A stretch of 64,000 nt of DNA from an uncultured archaeon. GTDB taxonomy: Archaea > Asgardarchaeota > Lokiarchaeia > Sigyniarchaeales > SOKP01. The translations under genes were made by a program, and so were the position numbers. The notes beneath the pieces are model-generated. The model worked only from the letters and a program-made list of their open reading frames with translations, was not told where the DNA came from and did no database searches. The stretch lies in NCBI GenBank assembly GCA_964632315.1, contig CAZWEM010000007.1:48571-112570 (forward strand). The letters are read 5' to 3'. This document shows, in pieces, positions 10,007 through 18,078 of the stretch; within the stretch, counting starts at the first letter, position 1, and each line of letters begins with the position of its first letter.

Positions 10007-11377
10007 ATGAATAACATTAAAACTCCCCGAGATGAGAAAATTTCTTCGAAAAGAATTTTTGGATACGTTATAGGAACTGTACCGTTAATAATCTTAGCCG
10101 GTTTCTTTAGTCTGGTCTATGTGAATTTTTTCTATGACGATTTAAAACTCGATGAGGGGTTATGGATAATCGGTCTTATTATATATATGGTGGTAAATGC
10201 CTTAAATGACCCAATCGTTGGTTATTATAGCGATAATATGGATGTTAAGCGATGGGGAAGTAGACGCATTTTCTTTATAAAATATTTTAGTCCATTTCTG
10301 ATTGTTAGCTTCATTTTCATCTGGTTTCCTTGGAGTTTGGATAATCAAATCGTCATATTCCTTCATTTTGTCATAACAGTATGTACTTATGAGACGTTAT
10401 TTACAATCGTAACCATGACTTGGTATGCTCTTTTACCTGATATGACTTCAAATATTGATTCAAGGAATAAAATTGGATTGATAAGTGGTATAATAGGCTT
10501 TTTTGCGTCCATTCCTATAATGATAGTTCCATATATTATGGATAATCGATTCTTACTCCAGATAAGTAGTATCTTTGTAGCAGGAATCAGCTTGGTTTGC
10601 TACGTATTTGTAGTAAAATTTTCAAAAGAGACTCCAGAATATCAGCACGACAAAAGCCCACCATTATTAAAAGCAGTTAAGCAAACTTTGAAGTCAAAAA
10701 GCTACATTTTATTTATGGGATATAATTTTGCTGCCATATTGCAAACTTCTGTAGGTTTATCCTATTTGTTCGTGTACTCATTGATTCTGGGATCTGAAGG
10801 GATATTATATTTCTTTTTAATTTATATATTAGTTGGATATTCTTCAAACATTATCTGTGTGAAATTACGCTTTAAATATGGCATGAAAAAGATTATGATG
10901 TCCTATATGTCATTACAAATAATCGGAGGGACCATATCGTTTTTAATGATCCTTAATCCTGCAACAGAATGGTTTATCTGGATTGGAATCCTATGGACTA
11001 GCTTCTTTGGTGGATCTGGTGTCTTTTCAACTTCACTACAAACCCTACCAATAGATGAAGACGAGTTAAAATACGGTTCACGACGAGAGGGTATGTTTTT
11101 TGGAGTGAATGCATTATTCACAATGCCCGCTTATAGTATTGGCCCAATCATTGCAACTTTCATCCTGGGCGTTCTCAACTATATAAGAGATGCTCCAGTC
11201 GAAGTTCAACCAGCTTCTGCTATCATTGGAATTAAGTTTCTTTTTTTTATGTTACCACAGATATTCACCGCAATAGCATTGCTTTTTATTGCATTTTACC
11301 CTGCGGCATATCTTGAAAGTAATGAGTTCCAAGATCAGCTTAGTTTACTTCATAATAAAAAAAAAGAATCATTTTAA
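10007..11377 (+). CDS. MFS transporter, GPH/MelB-like sugar:cation symporter family
   Basis: NALNDPIVGYYSD...WGSRR; IDEDELKYGSRREGMFFG. Confidence 0.9.
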   Translation: MNNIKTPRDEKISSKRIFGYVIGTVPLIILAGFFSLVYVNFFYDDLKLDEGLWIIGLIIYMVVNALNDPIVGYYSDNMDVKRWGSRRIFFIKYFSPFLIVSFIFIWFPWSLDNQIVIFLHFVITVCTYETLFTIVTMTWYALLPDMTSNIDSRNKIGLISGIIGFFASIPIMIVPYIMDNRFLLQISSIFVAGISLVCYVFVVKFSKETPEYQHDKSPPLLKAVKQTLKSKSYILFMGYNFAAILQTSVGLSYLFVYSLILGSEGILYFFLIYILVGYSSNIICVKLRFKYGMKKIMMSYMSLQIIGGTISFLMILNPATEWFIWIGILWTSFFGGSGVFSTSLQTLPIDEDELKYGSRREGMFFGVNALFTMPAYSIGPIIATFILGVLNYIRDAPVEVQPASAIIGIKFLFFMLPQIFTAIALLFIAFYPAAYLESNEFQDQLSLLHNKKKESF

Positions 11378-11449
11378 TCCGTTAATTTGATTTTTTATTT
11401 ATTTTTTCATATCTCTTTTCAGATTGAAACGTTTATATTAAAAAATTAT

Positions 11450-11605
11450 CCGTAAAAAGGTCGGTAAAACGAATAAAATGCATCTAATTATTTGATTCCC
11501 GAATATGATTCGATATATTTAAATAAAATAAATCCATATTCTATTATGTAAATCATTGTAAAATAAAGTTCATAGTTTAATTAAAAATAATCGAATTTTA
11601 TTCGA
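11450..11605. promoter_or_regulatory. Cluster of 15-bp palindromic sites (TCGAA-N5-TTCGA type) upstream of ORF 11610
   Basis: CCGTAAAAAGGTCGG 11450-11464 (weak), CCGAATATGATTCGA 11499-11513, TCGAATTTTATTCGA 11591-11605 (perfect arms). Confidence 0.6.
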
Positions 11606-11609
11606 ATAG

Positions 11610-11840
11610 GTGAAAATTTTGGTTAAATGTCCAAAGTGTGGAATGGAGTATAGTTTGGGTACAAGAATATATCATTCTTGTGAAGATTATGAAATCTGTC
11701 ATGGGGTAGTATTTGGGGATGATAGGGTTTGCAGACCTTGGAATTGCAACCCAATTGAAGATTATAACCCCCCCGAAATTAATTTAGAAGCGGATTCTAC
11801 CTATCGAGATGAAAATATGGTTTTAAGCATCAAACAATAA
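11610..11840 (+). CDS. Small CPxCG-type Cys/His-rich putative zinc-binding protein
   Basis: VKCPKCG...HSC...C...C...C; GTG start within AGGTGA; palindromic sites upstream. Confidence 0.6.
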   Translation: MKILVKCPKCGMEYSLGTRIYHSCEDYEICHGVVFGDDRVCRPWNCNPIEDYNPPEINLEADSTYRDENMVLSIKQ

Positions 11841-11866
11841 TCACATTTCCCTCTTTTTTATAAATC

Positions 11867-12292
11867 TTAGATATTCGAAAGTTTTACAGTTATGAAAAAG
11901 AAGTTTACGATGGAACTCATTATATCATAAAATTCTTTTATCTCCAAAGGTTTATTTATATAGCAGTTAGCATGTAAGTCATAAGCTTTAATTAAATCTT
12001 CCTCATTAGTTGAAATCGTTAATATTATTACTGGAATTCGTCTAAATTTTTCATGTTCTTTTATTTCCTTTAAAACTTCAAGCCCTGTCATTTTAGGTAA
12101 ATTAAGGTCTAAAAAGATGAGATCAGGACGAGATTTTTTTTCTAGGAAGTTTAATGCCTCAACTCCATTGTGAACTACGTGAATTTCGTTGACAATCTCA
12201 TTTCTATTTAGTGCTTCTTTTGTAAGACTAATGTCAGCCGGATTATCTTCCACTAACAATATTCTGAACTTCTTATTCTGTTGATCATTCAT
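11867..12292 (-). CDS. Single-domain response regulator, Rcp1-like
   Basis: ILLVEDNPAD, PDLIFLDLNLP (phospho-Asp), ANCYINKP; ATGA overlap with the kinase gene. Confidence 0.92.
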   Translation of the reverse strand: MNDQQNKKFRILLVEDNPADISLTKEALNRNEIVNEIHVVHNGVEALNFLEKKSRPDLIFLDLNLPKMTGLEVLKEIKEHEKFRRIPVIILTISTNEEDLIKAYDLHANCYINKPLEIKEFYDIMSSIVNFFFITVKLSNI

Positions 12293-13374
12293 GGATTACG
12301 CTCTCCTCGCTGAGGATTCTTAATTTTCTTAGTTTTAATTGTAAAATAAAAGGTAGAACCTTTTCCAAGTTCTGATTCCACCCATACTTCCCCACCATAT
12401 CTCTGAACGATTTTTTTACATATTGGTAGTCCTATCCCTGTTCCGGGATATTCTTCTTTTGTATGTAGTCGATAAAATATATTATATAGTCGATCGTGAT
12501 ATTTCGGATCTATTCCAATACCATTATCCTTAATTGAAAAAATCCAGTAATTGCTTAATCTTTTCACTCCTATGTGGATTTTTGGAGGGTCTACATTACG
12601 AAATTTAATCGCATTACTTAGAAAGTTTTGAAATAATTGTAAGAATTGTATACGATCGACTTTTAAAGTAGGTAGTGGATCATGAGTAATAACTGCTCCA
12701 CTTTCTTTTATTGCTTCTTGTAAATTAAAAATAACATCATTTAAAATGGGTTCAAGGTCATGCCATTCTATTGGATTTGCTTGGGTTGTGATTCTAGAAT
12801 AGCTTAATAAATCTTTTATGAGAACGTTCATCTTTTTCGCTCCATCTGTAATAAAGTATATATATTCTTTACCATCCTCATCTAATTTATCATGATACTT
12901 TTCCTCGAGAAGTTGAGAAAAACTAATGATCGCTCTTAGAGGTTCCTGTAGATCATGAGATGCCACATAAGCGAATTGTTGAAGATCTTCATTTGATCGC
13001 TTTAAATCTTTAATAATCTCATTTAATTCTAATTCTTTCTTTAAAATTTTCTCAGATAAAAATGCGATTACTACACCAACTATTAGGACTGAAATCTTGA
13101 TTGAAAAGCCGTTTATCGCATCTTCACCAAAAAAAGACACACCTTGAGAAATTTGGACAATCAACAAAAATAATATTAAAAAAATAGGAATAGTAAGCCC
13201 TTTTCTCTTCCACCACAAAGTAGCTAAAATGGTAGGAAAATAGAAAAAATTAACAATATAAAAATTGATTTTAAGTATTACTTCAAAGTAGATAACTAAT
13301 AAGCAAGAGATTACTATTAAAGCTATTATTATCCCAAATTTTATGCATTCCTTTCGATCATTTAAGCTTATCAT
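12289..13374 (-). CDS. Membrane sensor histidine kinase with about 4 TM and a Cph1-type HisKA/HATPase core
   Basis: H-box FAYVASHDLQEPLR, N-box NFLSNAIKF, DNGIGI, GTGIGL, GKGSTF. Confidence 0.93.
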   Translation of the reverse strand: MISLNDRKECIKFGIIIALIVISCLLVIYFEVILKINFYIVNFFYFPTILATLWWKRKGLTIPIFLILFLLIVQISQGVSFFGEDAINGFSIKISVLIVGVVIAFLSEKILKKELELNEIIKDLKRSNEDLQQFAYVASHDLQEPLRAIISFSQLLEEKYHDKLDEDGKEYIYFITDGAKKMNVLIKDLLSYSRITTQANPIEWHDLEPILNDVIFNLQEAIKESGAVITHDPLPTLKVDRIQFLQLFQNFLSNAIKFRNVDPPKIHIGVKRLSNYWIFSIKDNGIGIDPKYHDRLYNIFYRLHTKEEYPGTGIGLPICKKIVQRYGGEVWVESELGKGSTFYFTIKTKKIKNPQRGERNP

Positions 13375-13560
13375 TTATAATCAAGCAAGCTACACGTTCT
13401 AAAGCTCCCTATATATGAAAATGAATTTATCTATTTAAATATCGTAGTGATAAATCGTATAATTACAAATTTGATTCATTTTTTTTTTAATTTTCCGAAT
13501 GAAAAATAGGTGAATAACATATTTCATTGATTAACTTCCATCTTACCAATCAAATCATTG

Positions 13561-13575
13561 TTGAAAGAATTTCGA
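13561..13575. promoter_or_regulatory. Palindromic site TTGAA-AGAAT-TTCGA between the divergent kinase and REC-Lrp genes
   Basis: One mismatch to TCGAA-N5-TTCGA. Confidence 0.45.
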
Positions 13576-13678
13576 AAAAACTGATTGAATTGATCTCTTG
13601 ATGGACTAATTATATATAAAAATGAATATTATTCAGAATTACTATTATTAATATAAATAAAGGGAGAAGACTCTTACA

Positions 13679-14551
13679 ATGAAAATATTATTAATTGAAG
13701 ATAATGCAGCTGATATTAAACTTATAGAAGAGTTTTTAAAAAAATCCTCCACTTTTCAATACGAACTTCATTCATTTACGCGTCTTTCAGAAGGATTAGA
13801 TTATGTTAATAATAATGAAGTGGATGTTATCTTACTAGATCTGACCCTACCAGATAGTGATAAAGAATCCTCTCTTGATACGATCCTAGAATACACATCT
13901 AAATATCCTGTTATTATTTTAACTGGATTTGATGATAAAGAAATTGCCTTAAATTCTCTTAAAAAAGGAATTCAAGACTATTTAGTAAAGGGAGATTTAA
14001 CTGATACCATCTTAAATCGTTCGATTTTATATGGAATCGAACGCCACAAAATCAAGCCTGAAGGTGCAATCAAAAAAGAAATCGAATTACCTTTAGATAA
14101 AAAGGATAAATTAATTCTAAACATTTTACAAGATAATTACAAAATATCTTATAAAGAAATAAGTAGTAAAGTGCATCTAGCAGCGAGCACAATCCATAAT
14201 CGCGTACAAAATATGATTACTACGGGGATTATTAAAGAAATCGATACAATTGTGGATCCATATAAAGTCGGTTTTAATACCATTACCATTGTGAGTTTAT
14301 CTGTAGATCCCTTAAAAATAGATGAGATTGCCCAAAAACTAAAAATATATGATAACATTCAACTCATTGCCTCTAGTGGAGGAGAATATAACTTAATAAT
14401 AAAAATTATAGTGGAAAATGAGAAAACCCTCTGGAAATTTATTAATGAAAAAATTAAAACAATTTCGGGAATATCAACCCAAATAAATGTTTCAAGCTTA
14501 ATTGAAATTTTTAAAAACACATCAAGAGTAAAATTTAAAGTAGAAAAATAA
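13679..14551 (+). CDS. Response regulator: receiver domain fused to a full Lrp/AsnC regulator (HTH + RAM domain)
   Basis: REC ILLIEDN, VILLD, ILT, YLVK; then LDKKDKLILNILQDNYKISYKEISSKVHLAASTIHNRVQNM...GIIK...VDPYKVGF...SGGEYNLII. Confidence 0.9.
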   Translation: MKILLIEDNAADIKLIEEFLKKSSTFQYELHSFTRLSEGLDYVNNNEVDVILLDLTLPDSDKESSLDTILEYTSKYPVIILTGFDDKEIALNSLKKGIQDYLVKGDLTDTILNRSILYGIERHKIKPEGAIKKEIELPLDKKDKLILNILQDNYKISYKEISSKVHLAASTIHNRVQNMITTGIIKEIDTIVDPYKVGFNTITIVSLSVDPLKIDEIAQKLKIYDNIQLIASSGGEYNLIIKIIVENEKTLWKFINEKIKTISGISTQINVSSLIEIFKNTSRVKFKVEK

Positions 14552-14556
14552 AAGAT

Positions 14557-15888
14557 TTAAGGAAAAATTCCTCTTAATTCAATAGCTCTTGCTAATCTTG
14601 AAACGGCTATTATATATGCAGCAGTTCTTAAAGTTGTATTTTTCTTCAAAGAGAGATCATAAACTTCCGAAAATGTGTTAACCATAATACCTTCTAATTC
14701 TTGGTTTATTCGATCAAGTTTCCAAAAGTAGCTATGAATATCTTGGATATACTCAAAATAACTTACGCAAACTCCCCCAGCATTTGCTAAAATATCAGGT
14801 ACAACAATTATCCCCCTCTCTCTTAATATTTCATCAGCTTCTGGTGTCGTTGGACCGTTTGCTCCTTCTAAAATTATTCCACAATTAATATTGTCAGCGT
14901 TATCGAGGGTTATCTGATTTTCTATTGCAGCTGGGATTAAGACATCACAATCAATATTTAGTAATTTGTCGTTAGGAATAAATTCGTAGTTTTCTTCCCT
15001 ATAGTCTTTTAAAAAGTGATTTTGATCGACCCATTCTGATAATTTTTTGATATCTAAGCCTTTATTATCATATAATCCCCCACTAATATCTGAAATCGCA
15101 ATAATCTTTGCTCCTTTTTCATATAGTATCCTAGCTATTGTTCCTCCAACGTTTCCAAAACCTTGGACTACGATGCTACTACCTTTGAGAGCTAAATTCA
15201 TTTTTTTATATAATGCATCTAATACATAATATAATCCCATTCCCGTTGCACTTTCTCTTCCCACTGATCCTCCTATTTCTATAGGTTTTCCGGTAACCAC
15301 TCCTGGAACAGAACGCCCTTTCTGCATTGAATACACATCCATAATCCATGCCATTATCCTTTTATCAGTTCCCACATCTGGAGCAGGAATATCAATATCA
15401 GGACCAATAATATTAATGATTTCAGCTGTGTATCTTCTTGTCAGTCTTTCAAGCTCTCCTAATGAAAGTTTTCTTGGATCAACACATACTCCTCCTTTAG
15501 CACCCCCTAAAGGGAGGTTTAATAAGCTGTTTTTCCAAGTCATCCATGTTGCAAGTGCCTTTACTTCATCTAAACACACGTTGGGAGAAAACCGAATGCC
15601 TCCCTTTCCTGGACCCCTGACGGTAGAATGCTGGGCTCTATATCCCTCAAATACTTCAAGTTCTCCATTATCCATAACTACAGGAATTGAAACAATCAGA
15701 GAGCGCTCTACTCTTTTTAGATATTTGGTAATATTTTTGTCTAGTCTCATCTCTTTAGCGACAATGTCGATTTGTTGTTTCGCCATCTCAAAGGGATTTC
15801 GAATTACTTTCTGAGGCCTTTTATATTCTTCTGATGGTTCGATCTCATTTGATACTACTATTGCTTTTTTATAAATAATTCTCCCCAC
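14557..15888 (-). CDS. gdhA: Glu/Leu/Phe/Val dehydrogenase, probably glutamate dehydrogenase
   Basis: GPGKGGIRF, GGAKGG, DIPAPDVGT, GFGNVG, NAGGVCVSYFE. Confidence 0.93.
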   Translation of the reverse strand: MGRIIYKKAIVVSNEIEPSEEYKRPQKVIRNPFEMAKQQIDIVAKEMRLDKNITKYLKRVERSLIVSIPVVMDNGELEVFEGYRAQHSTVRGPGKGGIRFSPNVCLDEVKALATWMTWKNSLLNLPLGGAKGGVCVDPRKLSLGELERLTRRYTAEIINIIGPDIDIPAPDVGTDKRIMAWIMDVYSMQKGRSVPGVVTGKPIEIGGSVGRESATGMGLYYVLDALYKKMNLALKGSSIVVQGFGNVGGTIARILYEKGAKIIAISDISGGLYDNKGLDIKKLSEWVDQNHFLKDYREENYEFIPNDKLLNIDCDVLIPAAIENQITLDNADNINCGIILEGANGPTTPEADEILRERGIIVVPDILANAGGVCVSYFEYIQDIHSYFWKLDRINQELEGIMVNTFSEVYDLSLKKNTTLRTAAYIIAVSRLARAIELRGIFP

Positions 15889-15991
15889 TTGTTTATTATA
15901 AACGAATAAAGTTCATTCTTAATTTTTTTTGTAAGATTGGTAAAAACGATTAAATACATGTTAATTATGGGGTTTATTGGTTATAAATCTA

Positions 15992-16036
15992 TCGAACAAG
16001 ATACGGGAAATCTATGGGATCTCGAATGATGTTCGA
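15992..16036. promoter_or_regulatory. Two palindromic sites, 30 bp apart, between gdhA and the ORF16123/TauE unit
   Basis: TCGAACAAGATACGG 15992-16006 and TCGAATGATGTTCGA 16022-16036. Confidence 0.6.
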
Positions 16037-16122
16037 TTTATCTCGAAAAGGAATACAAAACTTTAAATAATGGTGAGTCATTACATTTAATTAAATCTAA
16101 TTATTTGTAATTATATCCTAAA

Positions 16123-16278
16123 ATGACTACTGAATGCAACATTGGAAAAGAAGCAAAAGAAATTGATCGCCTCCCCATTAAAGAAAAGATGAAAATATCA
16201 AAGAACACGTTACATAAATTTCTTGGGGCAATTGGGATATACTTTTTAGTAATGACATTATTTTTTTTTACATTATAG
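16123..16278 (+). CDS. Unannotated 51 aa small membrane protein
   Basis: MTTECNIGKEAKEIDRLPIKEKMKISKNTLHKFLGAIGIYFLVMTLFFFTL*; stops 12 nt before the TauE start. Confidence 0.5.
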   Translation: MTTECNIGKEAKEIDRLPIKEKMKISKNTLHKFLGAIGIYFLVMTLFFFTL

Positions 16279-16290
16279 GGTAAATCACCT

Positions 16291-17079
16291 ATGGAATTAT
16301 TGATTCATATAATTCTCATTGCATTTATATTTGAGTCTATGGACTCAATGGCCGGAATGGGTTTTGGAACCGCCTTGACTCCTTTGTTATTAGCTCTTGG
16401 TTATGTCCCGCTTCAGATTGTTCCCACGATCTTAATATCAGAAGCTATAACTGGATTAATTGATAGTTTTTTTGATCATGAATTTGGGAACGTACGCTAT
16501 TCATTCATCCCTCTCAATCAAGCAACGAAAGTGTCATTGATAATGGCATTTTTTGGTTGTTGTGCAATTTTTACATCAATTTTTATTGGTTATTTTGCTA
16601 TCAAATTTCCCCTAAATATTATTAAAATCTATGTAGCAGTTTTGGTTGTTTTTATGGGTTTGTCTGGTTTCATCAAGTTAAAATTAAGTAAGATAGAGAA
16701 TATTGGGTATAAACCAAAACTAATTTATGGATTTTCTGCTTTAGCTGGTTTTAATAAGGGGATTGGAGGAGGAGGGTATGGACCAGTATTAACAATGGGA
16801 CAGATTTTTTCAGGTATATATGAAAAAAGCGCTACTGCTTTAGTTTCTTTTTCGGAATCTATTGTTTCAATAGTTGGGATTTTTACATTCTTTGGGATAA
16901 GTTACGCTGGAATAAATATCGATCTGGTATTGTTACCTTCACTCTTTACGGGAGGATTTTTTGCTGCACTGATTTCACCTTATCTAGTAAGAATCCTTCC
17001 GAATAAATTATGGAAATATCTAATACCTATCTACGCTTTTGGAATAGGTTTATACACATTATTCGAAATTTTTATGTAA
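16291..17079 (+). CDS. TauE/SafE (TSUP) sulfite-exporter family membrane protein
   Basis: DSMAGMGFGTALTP and GFNKGIGGGGYGP repeats; about 8 TM. Confidence 0.85.
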   Translation: MELLIHIILIAFIFESMDSMAGMGFGTALTPLLLALGYVPLQIVPTILISEAITGLIDSFFDHEFGNVRYSFIPLNQATKVSLIMAFFGCCAIFTSIFIGYFAIKFPLNIIKIYVAVLVVFMGLSGFIKLKLSKIENIGYKPKLIYGFSALAGFNKGIGGGGYGPVLTMGQIFSGIYEKSATALVSFSESIVSIVGIFTFFGISYAGINIDLVLLPSLFTGGFFAALISPYLVRILPNKLWKYLIPIYAFGIGLYTLFEIFM

Positions 17080-17081
17080 TC

Positions 17082-18029
17082 TTATTTCAAAATTGCTAAT
17101 TGCTCTAAAGAAATTTGCTTTGAAAAAATAATATCTTCTTTTAAGATCTCTTTAATTGTAATTAAAATAGTAGTATCAATTATACAATAGGGAAAAGTAA
17201 AAACTATTTCTTCTTCAAATAGCCATTGTTCGACATCAATATTCATTACTTCTTTTTCAAACAAATCGTAAATATGAGAGATTCGAATATTTAGGGCTTC
17301 AAATATCTTCTCTGTTATATTTTTAATTATGATTTCAATTTCTTCACATAAGTTGTTAACTTTTATAGTCTTTACTTCAAAGATATTCTTATCTTCGCTT
17401 AATTTAGAAATTGATTCAAAGATATTAATATTCGAAAAATTTTCCTGAGATATTTGTTCTAGATGAGAAACATTCATTCCCATCGATTCTAAAAAAGTTA
17501 TGGCTTTTTGTAATTTAGTACATTTTGCGTCAGGGAAACCTGTAATAGAGTTTAAAAAAATTGAACATACAAAATTGATAAGTTCTAATACTCGTTTTTT
17601 GAGGATTTCTCCTTTAAGAATTATTTGTTGCTTTTTCACATTTTGTACTATATCATATTTATTTATTTCAGATTCCACAATCGTATAAAGTGAATATTTA
17701 TATCGTTTTATAATGTAATTCTCTAATAAACTTAACAAGTTCTCTCCAATTATATGTAATTCTACAGGTAATATTAGACAAATCGCACAACATTCAAACT
17801 GATTTGAGCTTTCTGAAAACAATTCTAATTTTTTAGCGAAGTATACTTTTTTTCCCAATTCTAAAACTAAGGTGCTGTTTTTTTCTTGTTCATCAAAATA
17901 AAGTGCAAGAGTTCCTAACATTCGTGTTCTTTCGTGATCTAATTTAATAGAATCATAAGGGTATATTACAAAAGGCACGTAACCAAATAATCGGTCAAAA
18001 TATAATAATAATACTTCGAACCTACTCAT
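17082..18029 (-). CDS. Hypothetical protein with a possible N-terminal longin/uDENN-like domain
   Basis: Likely start MSRFEVLLLYFDRLFGYVPFVIYP (ATG 18029, about 50 nt after the hydrogenase stop); resembles the FDxxxGP first hairpin of uDENN/NPR2-type longins. Confidence 0.6.
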   Translation of the reverse strand: MSRFEVLLLYFDRLFGYVPFVIYPYDSIKLDHERTRMLGTLALYFDEQEKNSTLVLELGKKVYFAKKLELFSESSNQFECCAICLILPVELHIIGENLLSLLENYIIKRYKYSLYTIVESEINKYDIVQNVKKQQIILKGEILKKRVLELINFVCSIFLNSITGFPDAKCTKLQKAITFLESMGMNVSHLEQISQENFSNINIFESISKLSEDKNIFEVKTIKVNNLCEEIEIIIKNITEKIFEALNIRISHIYDLFEKEVMNIDVEQWLFEEEIVFTFPYCIIDTTILITIKEILKEDIIFSKQISLEQLAILK

Positions 18030-18078
18030 TTCCGTTATTTGAGTCTTTTCAAATATAAGAATCACCCTATAAATTATT

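Noticed and set aside
12289-13374. Phytochrome/light sensor suggested by the Cph1-like kinase core and Rcp1 partner
   Set aside because: No PAS-GAF-PHY module; the input is a short TM bundle, so the stimulus is unknown
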